A stretch of 64,000 bases of DNA from assembly GCA_016190925.1 (NCBI GenBank), contig JACPPQ010000003.1, positions 1,531-65,530 on the forward strand. Direction: 5' to 3'. This document shows positions 18,957 through 29,063 of the stretch, piece by piece (the first letter of the stretch is position 1; every line of letters begins with the position of its first letter). The DNA is from Chloroflexota bacterium. Its GTDB lineage: Bacteria; Chloroflexota; Dehalococcoidia; Dehalococcoidales; JACPPQ01. Both the position numbers and the translations under genes were made by a program. The notes under the pieces were generated by a model. It ran no database searches, was not told the origin of the DNA, and saw only the letters and a list, made by a program, of their open reading frames with translations.

Positions 18957-20027
18957 CTATTTTGCCTGTTTGCGGTTCTCTCCTACCTCGACTATCCTCT
19001 CAATAATCCGGCCAATGTCCCCGTTCTGTTCTACAAGGATAGTATTGCAACGCGCCCTCTTACCCGCCTCGATGTCTCTAATGTTGTCCCCGAGAACCCA
19101 TGATTCACGGAGATTGATATTGTGCTTGTGCGCCGCTTCAAGAAGCATCCCCGGCTTCGGTTTGCGGCAGGTGCAGCAGTCTTCGGAGTTATGCGGACAG
19201 TAGTAAAGGTCATCCACGTGAGCGCCGTTTTCCTCCAGGACTTTATGCATGTTTTCGTGGATTTGCTTGAGGTCTTCCTCAGTATAAAGCCCTTTGTTTA
19301 TGCCGGACTGGTTGGTGACGATGATTACCAGAAACCCTGCCTGGTTGAGCTTTTTAATGCCCTCGGTTATTCCGGGCAAAAACTCGAACTCCTCCCACGA
19401 TTTGGTAAAGCCCTTTTCCCTGTTGACCACGCCGTCCCTGTCCAGGAATACCGCTTTCTTGAACTCGCAGGCCGGCTGTTCATTTCTAAGGCAGGAGGCA
19501 ATGAGGTGCGTTATAGCCAGGTGTACGTCCTCTACTATTTCCATGTTTGTGCTGGGGACATGTATCGGGTAGTCTACCATCCCTTTTAGTTTTCCCCCAT
19601 CGAACCCGCACAGTCCCACCGTGACCCCGCTGTTTTCCCTGGCATAAGCTATAGCCCGTATTACGTTCTCGGAGTTTCCGCTGCCGCTTATGCCGATGAC
19701 CACATCCCCTTCCTCCATCAGGTTCCTGAGTTGCTCCACAAATATGTTTTCGTATCCAAAATCATTGGCATAGGCAAGTAAGTTGGGAATATTATCGGTA
19801 AGGGCTACTGCTCTGAACCTGGACTCGCCTTCCACGGTAGCGCCCTGAGACAGCCCGTTTACAAAATGTGTGGCGGTTGAAGCGCTTCCTCCGTTTCCCA
19901 TGGTGATGATTTTGTTGCCGTTGACCCTGGCCCGGCACAGCAAGTCGATAACAGCCGAGACTTCATCCGCATTTACCGAGGAGAGTGCTTGTTTTACATC
20001 TTTAAGATATTTCTCTACGAATCGCAT
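18957..20027 (-). CDS. gmhA/gmhB: Fusion protein: phosphoheptose isomerase (GmhA, SIS domain) + D,D-heptose 1,7-bisphosphate phosphatase (GmhB, HAD)
   Basis: N-terminal half has the SIS motif GNGGSASTATHF. C-terminal half has AVFLDRDGVVN, VTNQSGI, CTCRKPKPGM and GDNIRDIEAG. Confidence 0.8.
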   Translation of the reverse strand: MRFVEKYLKDVKQALSSVNADEVSAVIDLLCRARVNGNKIITMGNGGSASTATHFVNGLSQGATVEGESRFRAVALTDNIPNLLAYANDFGYENIFVEQLRNLMEEGDVVIGISGSGNSENVIRAIAYARENSGVTVGLCGFDGGKLKGMVDYPIHVPSTNMEIVEDVHLAITHLIASCLRNEQPACEFKKAVFLDRDGVVNREKGFTKSWEEFEFLPGITEGIKKLNQAGFLVIIVTNQSGINKGLYTEEDLKQIHENMHKVLEENGAHVDDLYYCPHNSEDCCTCRKPKPGMLLEAAHKHNINLRESWVLGDNIRDIEAGKRARCNTILVEQNGDIGRIIERIVEVGENRKQAK

Positions 20028-20035
20028 CCCATCCC

Positions 20036-21541
20036 CTACGCCAGCATGTATTTTATGAACTTCTGAAATTCTACCGAGCGAACCGGCTCTTTGTTACCCA
20101 GGATTTTCACCTTGAGCGCGCCCACCGCATTACCCACGAAGGGTATGAGCCGTGGGTCGACGTCTTTGCAGGCAAGCATGCAGGTGACCGAGAGGACCGC
20201 ATCGCCGGCGCCGACTGTATCAACCACCCTGTCAGAGAAAACAGGCGCGAAGTAGGCTTTTCCACTCTGATAGTAGATGCTCCCGGACTCGCCCAGGGTG
20301 ACGTTTATCTTTTGACAGCCGGTATCAGCCGCCAGTTTCTCTATGAGCGGTTCCAGCTCGCCGTATTTTGCCCGGTATGGTAGACGCAATTCCCTTTCAT
20401 CGATAGAGATGTAGTCCACGTCACGGTACCTGGTAATGAGGTTAAACCCGAAGTTGGAGCTGTTGGTCTGGGCGTTTGCGGCGCAGAAGTTTGCCTTCTG
20501 AACTATCTTTTTCTGGATATCTGGAGTTATCAGCCCGTGGCCGAAATCCGTTACCAGAACTACATCCGCGTCCTGTATCTTCCTATCCAGGTGCTCCGTA
20601 ATCTCTTTTTCCAGGGACCTGTCGATGAACTGGTCGTTTATCTCGGCAACTTCAAAGAGCTTGACATTGAACCTGTCCAGATATCGTCTCTTGATGATGG
20701 TCGGGGCATCCTTGCGGTAAAAGAAGGTGGACTTGATTTTGCGGTTCAGCTTCTGCCTGACGAAATCTTCCATGCTGTTTGTTTTGCCAAGAGTCGCAAC
20801 AAGCTCCACATTTCCTGCGAATCCTGCGATGTGGTTGGCCGCCGCCAGGCTGCCGCCGGCATATACCTCGCTGGAAAGGTACTTGGTTGAGACGATACTG
20901 GCCTTTTCCACCTTGCCCACCGGGTCGCAAAAGGTGTACTCGTCCAGGATGGCATCCCCGACTATGAGGACATTCAAATCCTTTAGCCCTTTAAGGACTT
21001 CAAGCACATCCACGTAAGAGTACTGTTTCTTAAATCCTTCGATATATTCTTTGGCCTCCGCCGAGAGAACGTTGAAATTCTCGTTTATCAGGTTGGACGA
21101 GGAGAAAGTGATTTCATCGGTAAACCTTATTTCGCCGCCGCCTTCTTTTACCGCCTGTTCTTCCAGCACGATGTTTCCTGTGATATCCTCCGAGCTATCC
21201 GAATAGTCGTTCCCCTTAACGTAAAAGTCCGGTTTGAGGAGCTTTATGGTCTCTATCGCCGTGGGCCACCGGTTGATTGCAACGTAATCGACAAACTCCA
21301 GGGAAGCAAGGGACTCCGCTCTGAGAGTTTCGTGGAAGACGGGGCGGCCAGGCCCCTTGTTTACGAATCTATCAGGTGTTACAGTGACAATAAGCACATC
21401 GCCAAAGTTCTTTGCCGCTCTCAGGTGTCGGATATGCCCGGGATGCATCAGGTCGAAGCAGCCGTGGCATAGAACGATTTTCTTGTCGTGAACGGCTGAG
21501 CGTATAGATGACAATTGTGCGCACGGGATTATCTTACTCAC
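20036..21541 (-). CDS. hldE: Bifunctional heptose-1-phosphate adenylyltransferase / heptose-7-phosphate kinase (HldE-like, reversed domain order)
   Basis: N-terminal cytidylyltransferase-like domain CHGCFDLMHPGHIRHL (HxGH). C-terminal PfkB kinase domain VLIVGDAILDEY...DTVGAGDA. Confidence 0.8.
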   Translation of the reverse strand: MSKIIPCAQLSSIRSAVHDKKIVLCHGCFDLMHPGHIRHLRAAKNFGDVLIVTVTPDRFVNKGPGRPVFHETLRAESLASLEFVDYVAINRWPTAIETIKLLKPDFYVKGNDYSDSSEDITGNIVLEEQAVKEGGGEIRFTDEITFSSSNLINENFNVLSAEAKEYIEGFKKQYSYVDVLEVLKGLKDLNVLIVGDAILDEYTFCDPVGKVEKASIVSTKYLSSEVYAGGSLAAANHIAGFAGNVELVATLGKTNSMEDFVRQKLNRKIKSTFFYRKDAPTIIKRRYLDRFNVKLFEVAEINDQFIDRSLEKEITEHLDRKIQDADVVLVTDFGHGLITPDIQKKIVQKANFCAANAQTNSSNFGFNLITRYRDVDYISIDERELRLPYRAKYGELEPLIEKLAADTGCQKINVTLGESGSIYYQSGKAYFAPVFSDRVVDTVGAGDAVLSVTCMLACKDVDPRLIPFVGNAVGALKVKILGNKEPVRSVEFQKFIKYMLA

Positions 21542-21558
21542 TATGGACTCCTTGTATG

Positions 21559-22566
21559 TCAGGCAAAATGGTCAAGTTTCATCTGCCGAATATTGTAATA
21601 TTTATCCCACTCAATGTTTCCAACGAGGCCCTTTTCCATTGCGCTAGCCACCTGAAGAATCATGTCTTTGACAGTGGCTTTGGGCTGGAAGCCAAGTTCT
21701 TTCCGTATCTTTTCGGAAGAGATGTGGTAGTCGCGATGGTCAAAAGTCTCGTCGACACGAATTTGAACATCACGTTTTGAACCGAGAGTCTGCTTGACGA
21801 GTTCCGCTATTTCGATAATCTTCATGTTCTCATATCCCACATTGAAGACCTTGCCCGCGATGAGCGACTTGTCTGTTTCGACCAGCTTGACGTAGAGGTC
21901 AGTGATGTCTTCCATGGTCAGATTTGGACGTCTCTGTTGGCCCCCGTGGACAGTAATTACGCCCTTGCTCGCGGCGTGTGCTGTGAGCACGTTCACCGTC
22001 AGGTCAAGTCTTTGGCGCGGCGAATATCCGCATATAGTAGCCGGTCTGATGTTCACCGTAGTAAATTTGTCGTCGCAAGCCTCTTCTACCAACTTCTCTG
22101 ACATCAGCTTGTACTTCGAATAGTAGGTCAAAGGATTGCAACTCAACTCTTCTGTAACGTTTTCCTCATCCTTTATTCCGTAGACGCTGCTTGAAGAGGC
22201 ATTGATAAAGCGTTTCACGCCTTTCCTCTTAGCAGAGTCCAGTAGCACTTTGTAGGCTTCGAAATTGACAGAACGGGTCAATGATTCGTCTAGGTCACCC
22301 GTTGGGTCATTGGAGATAGAGGCTAGATGAATCACGCAATCCATATCCTTCATCGCTTGCTGGACCGCGTCCTTGTTCCTGATATCACCTTTGACAGTCT
22401 CAAAGGAATTATATTTTTTACAGGCATCAAGGCTTGCCGGGTCGTAGATGAACAGGTCAAGCACTCGAACATTGTAGCCCTGCTTCAGCAATTTAGGGCA
22501 CAGGGCGCTCCCCACGTAACCGGCTCCACCGGTGACTAATATTTTCTCACTCGAATTCATAGCCAT
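21559..22566 (-). CDS. NAD-dependent epimerase/dehydratase (extended SDR)
   Basis: ILVTGGAGYVGSAL Rossmann motif and YSKYK (YxxxK). Could be the heptose 6-epimerase or another nucleotide-sugar epimerase. Confidence 0.75.
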   Translation of the reverse strand: MAMNSSEKILVTGGAGYVGSALCPKLLKQGYNVRVLDLFIYDPASLDACKKYNSFETVKGDIRNKDAVQQAMKDMDCVIHLASISNDPTGDLDESLTRSVNFEAYKVLLDSAKRKGVKRFINASSSSVYGIKDEENVTEELSCNPLTYYSKYKLMSEKLVEEACDDKFTTVNIRPATICGYSPRQRLDLTVNVLTAHAASKGVITVHGGQQRRPNLTMEDITDLYVKLVETDKSLIAGKVFNVGYENMKIIEIAELVKQTLGSKRDVQIRVDETFDHRDYHISSEKIRKELGFQPKATVKDMILQVASAMEKGLVGNIEWDKYYNIRQMKLDHFA

Positions 22567-22607
22567 TCCCCTTTCCTAATCTAGTTTTCTATATCAATAG
22601 TAACCCG

Positions 22608-23444
22608 TTAAACAGCGCTCCCGGGCACTTTCGACAATAACTTTTTTAAGTTGCGATGTGCTATAACTGTACCACGCACCACATCTTCAAAAGTCTCATA
22701 TTCTACGGAAAGAAAACCACTATAGTGCGCTTCTCCTAGAATCGACAATATGCTTGAATAATCGACGGTTCCCGCTCCAATTTCGCAATACTCGTACCCA
22801 TTATGACGTCCCTTACCGGTAAAACGCACGTCCTTCAGATGAACGTGCGCAATATACGGCAGGAGTTTTTTGCATGCGTGAACCGGGTCTTCGCCAATCG
22901 GTACAAAATTGGCAGGGTCGAAGTTAGCCTGTAGCCATTCGCTTGATACTCCATCCAGTATGCGCAGCATATCGTCAGCGGTAGCCGTGATTCCGTAATG
23001 GTTTTCCATAGCCATGCAGACACCTTTGTCCCGGGCTTCAGGGACTATCCGTTTAATGTTCCTGATGACACGGCTCACCATAGCATCATCGATATACTGT
23101 GGGGGCAAATGACTGGCAAACACTCTGAGAAGCTTTACACCAAAATGCTTGCAAAGCTCAAATTGGCGTTGGAGAGATTCATATTGGGCATCAAGTTGAT
23201 GGTTGGCCACGGCAAAATCGCTCCATCCCCCAGAGACAGCAACCAGCGCAACTTTTGATTGTCGTAGGATACCCTCAAGCTCCGAAAGGTTACGCCCTTC
23301 GAATAAGTAAGGATATATATGAGCTTTTCCATCTGTGGTACACTCCACATATTTGAAGCCTATTTCCTCGAGAATGGTCAGGGTTTCCTCAAGGGTGAGA
23401 TTACGGAAGCCACCCGTACAACACGCAATTTTTACGGGCAACAC
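22608..23444 (-). CDS. Sugar phosphate isomerase/epimerase (xylose isomerase-like TIM barrel)
   Basis: FKYVECT, MENHYG and HVHLKD segments are typical of the AP-endonuclease-2/xylose-isomerase-like TIM barrel family. Confidence 0.65.
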   Translation of the reverse strand: MLPVKIACCTGGFRNLTLEETLTILEEIGFKYVECTTDGKAHIYPYLFEGRNLSELEGILRQSKVALVAVSGGWSDFAVANHQLDAQYESLQRQFELCKHFGVKLLRVFASHLPPQYIDDAMVSRVIRNIKRIVPEARDKGVCMAMENHYGITATADDMLRILDGVSSEWLQANFDPANFVPIGEDPVHACKKLLPYIAHVHLKDVRFTGKGRHNGYEYCEIGAGTVDYSSILSILGEAHYSGFLSVEYETFEDVVRGTVIAHRNLKKLLSKVPGSAV

Positions 23445-23474
23445 ATGTCCTCCATGAAAGCCTCCTGTGGCAAA

Positions 23475-24716
23475 TTAGAAACGCGCCTTTACTAACTGAT
23501 AAGCTGAATTCACCGTTTCCGGCATCCCCCAATATTTGTACTCCCCGTATCTGCCGCAATGAATAAGATTGCCTATCACCTGTCCTCGAGCCACGTAAGC
23601 TTCGTACGCTGCGATTGCCTCTTTGGACTGTTGCGGATACGCCCGGGGTCGGAAATTGGCAGCGCATTTAACATTATCAGGGAAAGCCTGCTCTGACTGA
23701 TGGGTAACCGGTATTTCGATGAGTATTAATGTATCCGGGCTCTCGTATCCGGTTATCCTCTTCATTTCAGTAATCCTGGTTTGGAATTCGTTTCCAGGAT
23801 AATGTATAGACTCTGCTCCGTTCGGGAAAGCCCACTCTATTCCGGGCAGCAAGAATGGCACAATTATTCTGCCGGTATAAGGCAAACTGTTTTCCCCCCA
23901 GAGTTGGTCTACGGAAAGCGTGTTTATGACATAGCCGTAATCGCCAAAATGGTACTTCCCGCCTGAGCTATTCACAAAGTACCCCTTCGAATCCTTTCCA
24001 ATTCCGAGAATCTCAATACCAAGGCCTTTATTTGCTCCCTCAACCATTCGTTCCCAAATGATGTTCCACCCACCCTTGGGATAGACTTGGAAAGCGATGC
24101 CCTTTCCTAGAGTATGGTCTTCGAACTTCAGGGGATCGTAACCGGCAAGTCCTTCATAGTGGTCCTTGATTCTGTCTGCCCAGACCATTGATGTTTGCAA
24201 AAGATTACCCGGAATTGCCCACATCTTGTGACTGTAGTTCTCCATGAATTTCTGGTAGAGATTTTTCCCTAAGGCAGCAACAAAGTATTCTTCAAATGTG
24301 CAGTGCCCCATTCTGGGAAGCTTCTCCTCTACCAGCTTCATATTTTTATCCCGGTTTGCGGAAAGCTGTTGGATAATTTCCTTTGCGTCCGGCATCTGTG
24401 CAATATCATCATAATGGACGGGATAGCGATACAGTCTCCGTTCTTTTTCGATGTACGAATAGAGTCTCCGCTGGATATAATACAAATTGTTGTCAGACAG
24501 TTCTCGCACCACATCATTTATATCATCTTTCGTCCAGAACCAGACGTGCGGGCCGAATTCATAGGGATGACCTGCATAGTAGTAGGTTCGTGCCATACCA
24601 CCTACTACACCTTCCTTCTCCAAGAGGCTCACGTTATACCCCTTGCGCTTCAAAAAATATGCCAGGCTGCATCCCGCCACTCCGCCTCCCAGAATTAAAA
24701 CATCGGTTTTTTTCAT
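23475..24716 (-). CDS. glf: UDP-galactopyranose mutase family flavoprotein
   Basis: N-terminal FAD fold DVLILGGGVAGCSLAY...EKEGVVGG, LYQKFMENYSHKMWA, and C-terminal CGRYGEYKYWGMPETVNSA. For comparison, Glf has GGRLAEYKYYDMHQVISSA. Confidence 0.65.
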   Translation of the reverse strand: MKKTDVLILGGGVAGCSLAYFLKRKGYNVSLLEKEGVVGGMARTYYYAGHPYEFGPHVWFWTKDDINDVVRELSDNNLYYIQRRLYSYIEKERRLYRYPVHYDDIAQMPDAKEIIQQLSANRDKNMKLVEEKLPRMGHCTFEEYFVAALGKNLYQKFMENYSHKMWAIPGNLLQTSMVWADRIKDHYEGLAGYDPLKFEDHTLGKGIAFQVYPKGGWNIIWERMVEGANKGLGIEILGIGKDSKGYFVNSSGGKYHFGDYGYVINTLSVDQLWGENSLPYTGRIIVPFLLPGIEWAFPNGAESIHYPGNEFQTRITEMKRITGYESPDTLILIEIPVTHQSEQAFPDNVKCAANFRPRAYPQQSKEAIAAYEAYVARGQVIGNLIHCGRYGEYKYWGMPETVNSAYQLVKARF

Positions 24717-24761
24717 TAATGCATTGTCTCCATCTTATAAAATAATCTGATAGTCAAATTA

Positions 24762-25970
24762 CTAAAGAAACTGGCTGTAGAACTTCTCTAAGCGAGTTAT
24801 ATTGTTATCCATGCATAATTGACCTTTTCTTGCCTCAAGGACGTTTTTCTTCAAGCTTGCGTAGTCAACATCCTGCAAAATTTTGTGAAGTATCTCAAGG
24901 TCTGCCAGGTCAACCACTACACCCACTTTGTTTTCAGTAACGACCTGGGCGTTGAGCTTAAGGTTGGAACTGACAATGACAGGCAAACCTGCTTCCAGGT
25001 AGGTAAACAACTTAACTCCGATGGAGGTCTCCTCAAATTCTTTAGTATGGGCAGTTCCGGAGAAATCGTGAATGTTGCAACCATAATGGTATTTTGAGAT
25101 TTCCAATTGCAGGTCATGTTGTCTAACAGGTTCATGTAACGAAAATTGCGGATTATTATCGGCGGCATCGAAGTAGTCCTGAATTAGCGTTCTGCTATAT
25201 TGCCAGGGATTGGGATATATGTGAAATGACAGTCCAGGCTGGATAATGCGGAGTGCAATGTTAATAATTTGATTATTACCGGCTTGCCTGCGAGGCAGAC
25301 TTCCGGACTCCACGACCCCCGTATAAACTAAATGAAAACCGTCATTGAACGTGTGGCCTGTGTTGAGAGAAGAAACGCAGAACTCGGGCTGGCAATAGTC
25401 TCTAAACTCTAACGTAGGACAATTGATATTGTAACCGAATGCTCTGTAGTACTGGATTACCTTTTCGTTGAATTTCGTGACTATGCCCGATGCATTTTCC
25501 AAGGCAAATCGCTCCGCTTCACGTTCAATTTCAGGAAGCTTGTCCAAACCAAAACGGAGACCCGAATAGTCGTAGGCATCATAAATCACCGGCCTGTCCG
25601 TGTTCTCCATCACTATACGAGGTATGATATTCGGCTCAGCGTGGGCGTGGAAGATGTCGGCTTCGGTTTTCCTGACCAGCTTCGCCAGCCTTTCTCTGGC
25701 AGCCTCCTCTGTGCCCCACATCTTCGTGGCAAAGCTCAAGACGTTTCTTGGAGTAATTCTCTTTCCGAGGAGCTTGATACCTGCGTCTGGCACCTTGTTG
25801 AATCCCATTCCATAGTCGATAATCTCATCAAACACGTCCTTAAACAGGCTGTAATCATACCTGTGGGCGAGCAGGATAAGCCTGTATCTACCCGTCCTTT
25901 TTAGTGCAACCGCTTGTTTATATTCACGTACCTGCGGGTTCCGTTTTACAAAGCATATGGTGGTTTTCAT
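24762..25970 (-). CDS. Divergent GT-B glycosyltransferase-like protein
   Basis: Start moved to Met16, giving an ATGA overlap at 25967-25970 with the upstream stop. C-terminal EETSIGVKLFTYLEAGLPVIVS resembles the GT-B donor-binding region. AT-rich gene. Confidence 0.45.
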   Translation of the reverse strand: MKTTICFVKRNPQVREYKQAVALKRTGRYRLILLAHRYDYSLFKDVFDEIIDYGMGFNKVPDAGIKLLGKRITPRNVLSFATKMWGTEEAARERLAKLVRKTEADIFHAHAEPNIIPRIVMENTDRPVIYDAYDYSGLRFGLDKLPEIEREAERFALENASGIVTKFNEKVIQYYRAFGYNINCPTLEFRDYCQPEFCVSSLNTGHTFNDGFHLVYTGVVESGSLPRRQAGNNQIINIALRIIQPGLSFHIYPNPWQYSRTLIQDYFDAADNNPQFSLHEPVRQHDLQLEISKYHYGCNIHDFSGTAHTKEFEETSIGVKLFTYLEAGLPVIVSSNLKLNAQVVTENKVGVVVDLADLEILHKILQDVDYASLKKNVLEARKGQLCMDNNITRLEKFYSQFL

Positions 25971-26863
25971 ATTATCCTTGCCACGATTGCTATTGAGCTT
26001 GGTTTTCGACCCCACACCAGAGCCCTGGTCAACTCCTGGGAGAACGCAGGTGAGGCTCCGTTTGAGATGGCGGCTCTAAGCAGACGTTCCGACACGCTCA
26101 GCATTCCATTTGTAATATTCCTGCCGGGCAGCCTTCGTGCCAGATTGATAACCGATGGTCTTCTACCTGGCTTTCTGCCTTCCAGCCATGCCGCGTATTG
26201 CTTATCGGACATATTAGTTAGCTTCTCTGCGTGGCTAACCATGTTGAGCGTTGCAAGCAGCCTCCGTTCCAGTGACGCGTACATCTGATTATAAGAGTAT
26301 TGGGTCTTTTCAACTAGAAAACCCTTCTCCGCAACGAGTTTTAGAATTCCATCCCTTTTAAAATACCGTTTGCCACCATCGAGAGGTCCCGATATTACAA
26401 GGCAGCCGCCGGGCCTCAATGCCCGCTTTATCGAGTCCAGCCCTCTTTCTCTTCCGGCGCTATCAAGATAGTATAGCACTTCCAGGCAAAGGACGAGGTC
26501 GAACGAGCCAGCAGGGAAGTCCAACGCCGGGAGGGCATTTACCCTGAACCTCAATTGCGGCAGTCTCTCAGATACAACTTTTATGGCATTCTCCGATATG
26601 TCCACGCCACAGATGCGGTTCTGCGGATTCAGCGCGTAAACCTTCTCCGTAAAATCCCCGAAGGCGCAGCCGATGTCCAGTATGTCCAGTTGCCTGTCGC
26701 TTCGAACGACCAGTGGCTTGAGCAGCTTCAGGTAGCGGGCATAGCGGAACTGCTGGAGACCGCGCCACCTGTGACCCCACCCATCGCCCGTAGTATCGGC
26801 GCAGGAAGGGTCGCACATCCGCTCGAACCATTCCCTGGTGCCCCACTCAGCCATTAATACCAA
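25967..26863 (-). CDS. Class I SAM-dependent methyltransferase
   Basis: Motif I ILDIGCAFGDF, later GGCLVISGP. Confidence 0.7.
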   Translation of the reverse strand: MVLMAEWGTREWFERMCDPSCADTTGDGWGHRWRGLQQFRYARYLKLLKPLVVRSDRQLDILDIGCAFGDFTEKVYALNPQNRICGVDISENAIKVVSERLPQLRFRVNALPALDFPAGSFDLVLCLEVLYYLDSAGRERGLDSIKRALRPGGCLVISGPLDGGKRYFKRDGILKLVAEKGFLVEKTQYSYNQMYASLERRLLATLNMVSHAEKLTNMSDKQYAAWLEGRKPGRRPSVINLARRLPGRNITNGMLSVSERLLRAAISNGASPAFSQELTRALVWGRKPSSIAIVARII

Positions 26864-27854
26864 CCTTTTGCGCGCGTGCCTTAAATCGATTTAATCCCTT
26901 TCGAGCCGCCTCTGAAATGGTCACCGGCTCTGCCTTCACCGGAACATAGTCCGATGCACGGGTAAAATACTCCGGGTCACTGCGGTAAAGCTCATAAAAC
27001 TGCTTCATGGTGACGATTTCTATTTCCGGGTCTTTGGTGACCACAGCCAGGAACTTCTCGAATTTCTCTGCATCCTCATAATCCGGCTCGAAATGGGTAA
27101 AGTTTGAGTCGAATTTTATAAAGGAATAGCTGTGCAGGAACAATGTCATCACTTTGAGATTGTGTAGCTTGGCCTGCTCCGCGAACCAGAGAAGCTCATC
27201 CAGGCTGGCCCAGTCGACATCGGTTTTGATGAAGTTTTCCACCAGTTTAAGTTTAGCCGGACCCAGTCCGGTCTCTTTTCTCCTCTTAAAAAAGGTCACG
27301 GGCACTTCCACAATTTCCTGTCTCTCAACGACCCGGTTTTTGGTCACGGCCAGTTTGCAGGTTTCATGCCCGTAGAAGTTGGAACTATCGATAGGAATAT
27401 CGTTCTGTTTCAAAGCCCGCAAGGTGTTTTCATCCGCCCCATACACGCCGGCCCGGTGAGCAATCGGGCTGTCTCCCGTCCATCTCTCCAGAAGTTCCTT
27501 TCCCTCCTGGATGATTCTGACTTGCTCTTCAAGGGAATTATCGTACATGTGCCTCTTCTCATAAGTCCATATCGGGTGGGTATGTAGCTGGACATCGTGT
27601 CCCTTTTGTTTTATCTCACGGCAAACCTCACGGAGACCGTCACCGTCATATTTCCTGAATTCAAAGACGCTGACAAAGAACGTGGCTTTGCAGGTAAAAC
27701 GCTCACAAATCTCGATTATCCTCGGGAAGCCATAGTAGCTCCCCTCAAACTGTCCATAGAACATGGGTTTAAGCAAATCGGTTCTCCGGATAGCCTGAGG
27801 ACTATCTGAGCTTTCCGTATCAACCGTTATGATGATAAAAAGCTTGGTGTTCAT
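26847..27854 (-). CDS. Divergent polysaccharide deacetylase-like protein
   Basis: FIIITVDTESS, HDVQLHTHP and AHRAGVYG resemble CE4 metal and catalytic motifs. Confidence 0.45.
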   Translation of the reverse strand: MNTKLFIIITVDTESSDSPQAIRRTDLLKPMFYGQFEGSYYGFPRIIEICERFTCKATFFVSVFEFRKYDGDGLREVCREIKQKGHDVQLHTHPIWTYEKRHMYDNSLEEQVRIIQEGKELLERWTGDSPIAHRAGVYGADENTLRALKQNDIPIDSSNFYGHETCKLAVTKNRVVERQEIVEVPVTFFKRRKETGLGPAKLKLVENFIKTDVDWASLDELLWFAEQAKLHNLKVMTLFLHSYSFIKFDSNFTHFEPDYEDAEKFEKFLAVVTKDPEIEIVTMKQFYELYRSDPEYFTRASDYVPVKAEPVTISEAARKGLNRFKARAQKVGING

Positions 27855-29060
27855 TTACACGTTCGCCAACTCCGCCATTGCTCTCATCATCCACGCCTGC
27901 CCCCATCTCAGATATGGAATCTTCACCGCATTGGCGCTATTCCGCATATAATAGAAATAGCCGTCCCTCGACTGCATATTGTCCCTGGTCCACTCAAAAG
28001 TGTTCTGAGCATATTCTAACGCATCCGGGAAAAGGCTGCTCAGGGTGGACATGCACAGAATGGCCTCGGCGCAGCTATGGATGTTAATAGGAAACTTCAA
28101 TTCCGGTCTAAATTTTGGGATTCTGCCATCCTCGAAAAGATTATCCCTGTAAAACCGGTAGCCTCTAGACAGGGCTTCCAGGACTTTCTTATCGCCGGTA
28201 TTATTATAGATGCCGTAAAGACACCTCAGCACAAAGCCAGTATGGTAATGGTCTATGTTTTTCAAACTGGAGTCATGAATATGGTAAACGTCCCTATCAC
28301 TGAGCGCCCAGTAGTAAAAGGAGCCGTCCTTGTTCTGAGCATCCAGAGTGTAGTTCAAGGCCTTGACGCCATGCTTGTAATAGTTGCTGTTACCCAGCTC
28401 TTCCCCCACCCATATGAGGAATTCTGCGGCGAAGAGATTAGCATTGTGAACGTGAAACCGGTCGAGGGGTGTATAGCTGAAGCAAAGACGATTGGCATCA
28501 AGCTGGTCTATGTTCAGGCTGCCGAGCATAAAATCGCATATGCTGGCGCATGTATCGATATATTTCCTTTTCCCGGTATGCTTGTAGAAGCGCCAGAAGG
28601 CATCTCCGCAGACCGAGGATACCACGGCGCTCGGAGTTCCTTTGGGAATAAAGACCAGAGATTGCCAGTCGAAGGGGTATCCCCAGCAAGCCCCGGCGTA
28701 GCCCTGGCTCTTGTTCTGCTCCAGCCAGTCGAGGCATTCGGAAGCCTTCCGCAGGTAGCCCTCATCTTCGAGTTTCTGATGTAGTTCCAGATAAGCCGAG
28801 GCAAACAGTCCCATCGCCTTGGCGTTCACCTGCTTACCAACCCCCAACACCCTTCTCGAAGTCATAGGGAACTTCTCAACCGCGGTGAACAAGGCGTACC
28901 TGGTCGCTCTTAATGGGAAATTCCTTGACTTGCTGTTGAGCGCTCGCAGGACTATCGGATGTCCCTTGATATCATAGGGGTCGTAGCCCGCCCAGCCGTT
29001 ATTCTCCACCCACCTGTCCAGCCGCCTGACAGATTCCATGACCGCTTCATTCGCCGGCAT
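27855..29060 (-). CDS. Hypothetical soluble protein, possibly an (alpha/alpha)6-barrel carbohydrate-modifying enzyme
   Basis: Trp/Tyr-rich with WGYPFDWQS, HNANLFAAEFL, DGSFYYW, HYHTGFVLRCL. NAKAMGLFASAYL weakly recalls the SAMAQG segment of glucuronyl C5-epimerases. Not firmly recognised. Confidence 0.3.
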   Translation of the reverse strand: MPANEAVMESVRRLDRWVENNGWAGYDPYDIKGHPIVLRALNSKSRNFPLRATRYALFTAVEKFPMTSRRVLGVGKQVNAKAMGLFASAYLELHQKLEDEGYLRKASECLDWLEQNKSQGYAGACWGYPFDWQSLVFIPKGTPSAVVSSVCGDAFWRFYKHTGKRKYIDTCASICDFMLGSLNIDQLDANRLCFSYTPLDRFHVHNANLFAAEFLIWVGEELGNSNYYKHGVKALNYTLDAQNKDGSFYYWALSDRDVYHIHDSSLKNIDHYHTGFVLRCLYGIYNNTGDKKVLEALSRGYRFYRDNLFEDGRIPKFRPELKFPINIHSCAEAILCMSTLSSLFPDALEYAQNTFEWTRDNMQSRDGYFYYMRNSANAVKIPYLRWGQAWMMRAMAELANV

Positions 29061-29063
29061 CCC

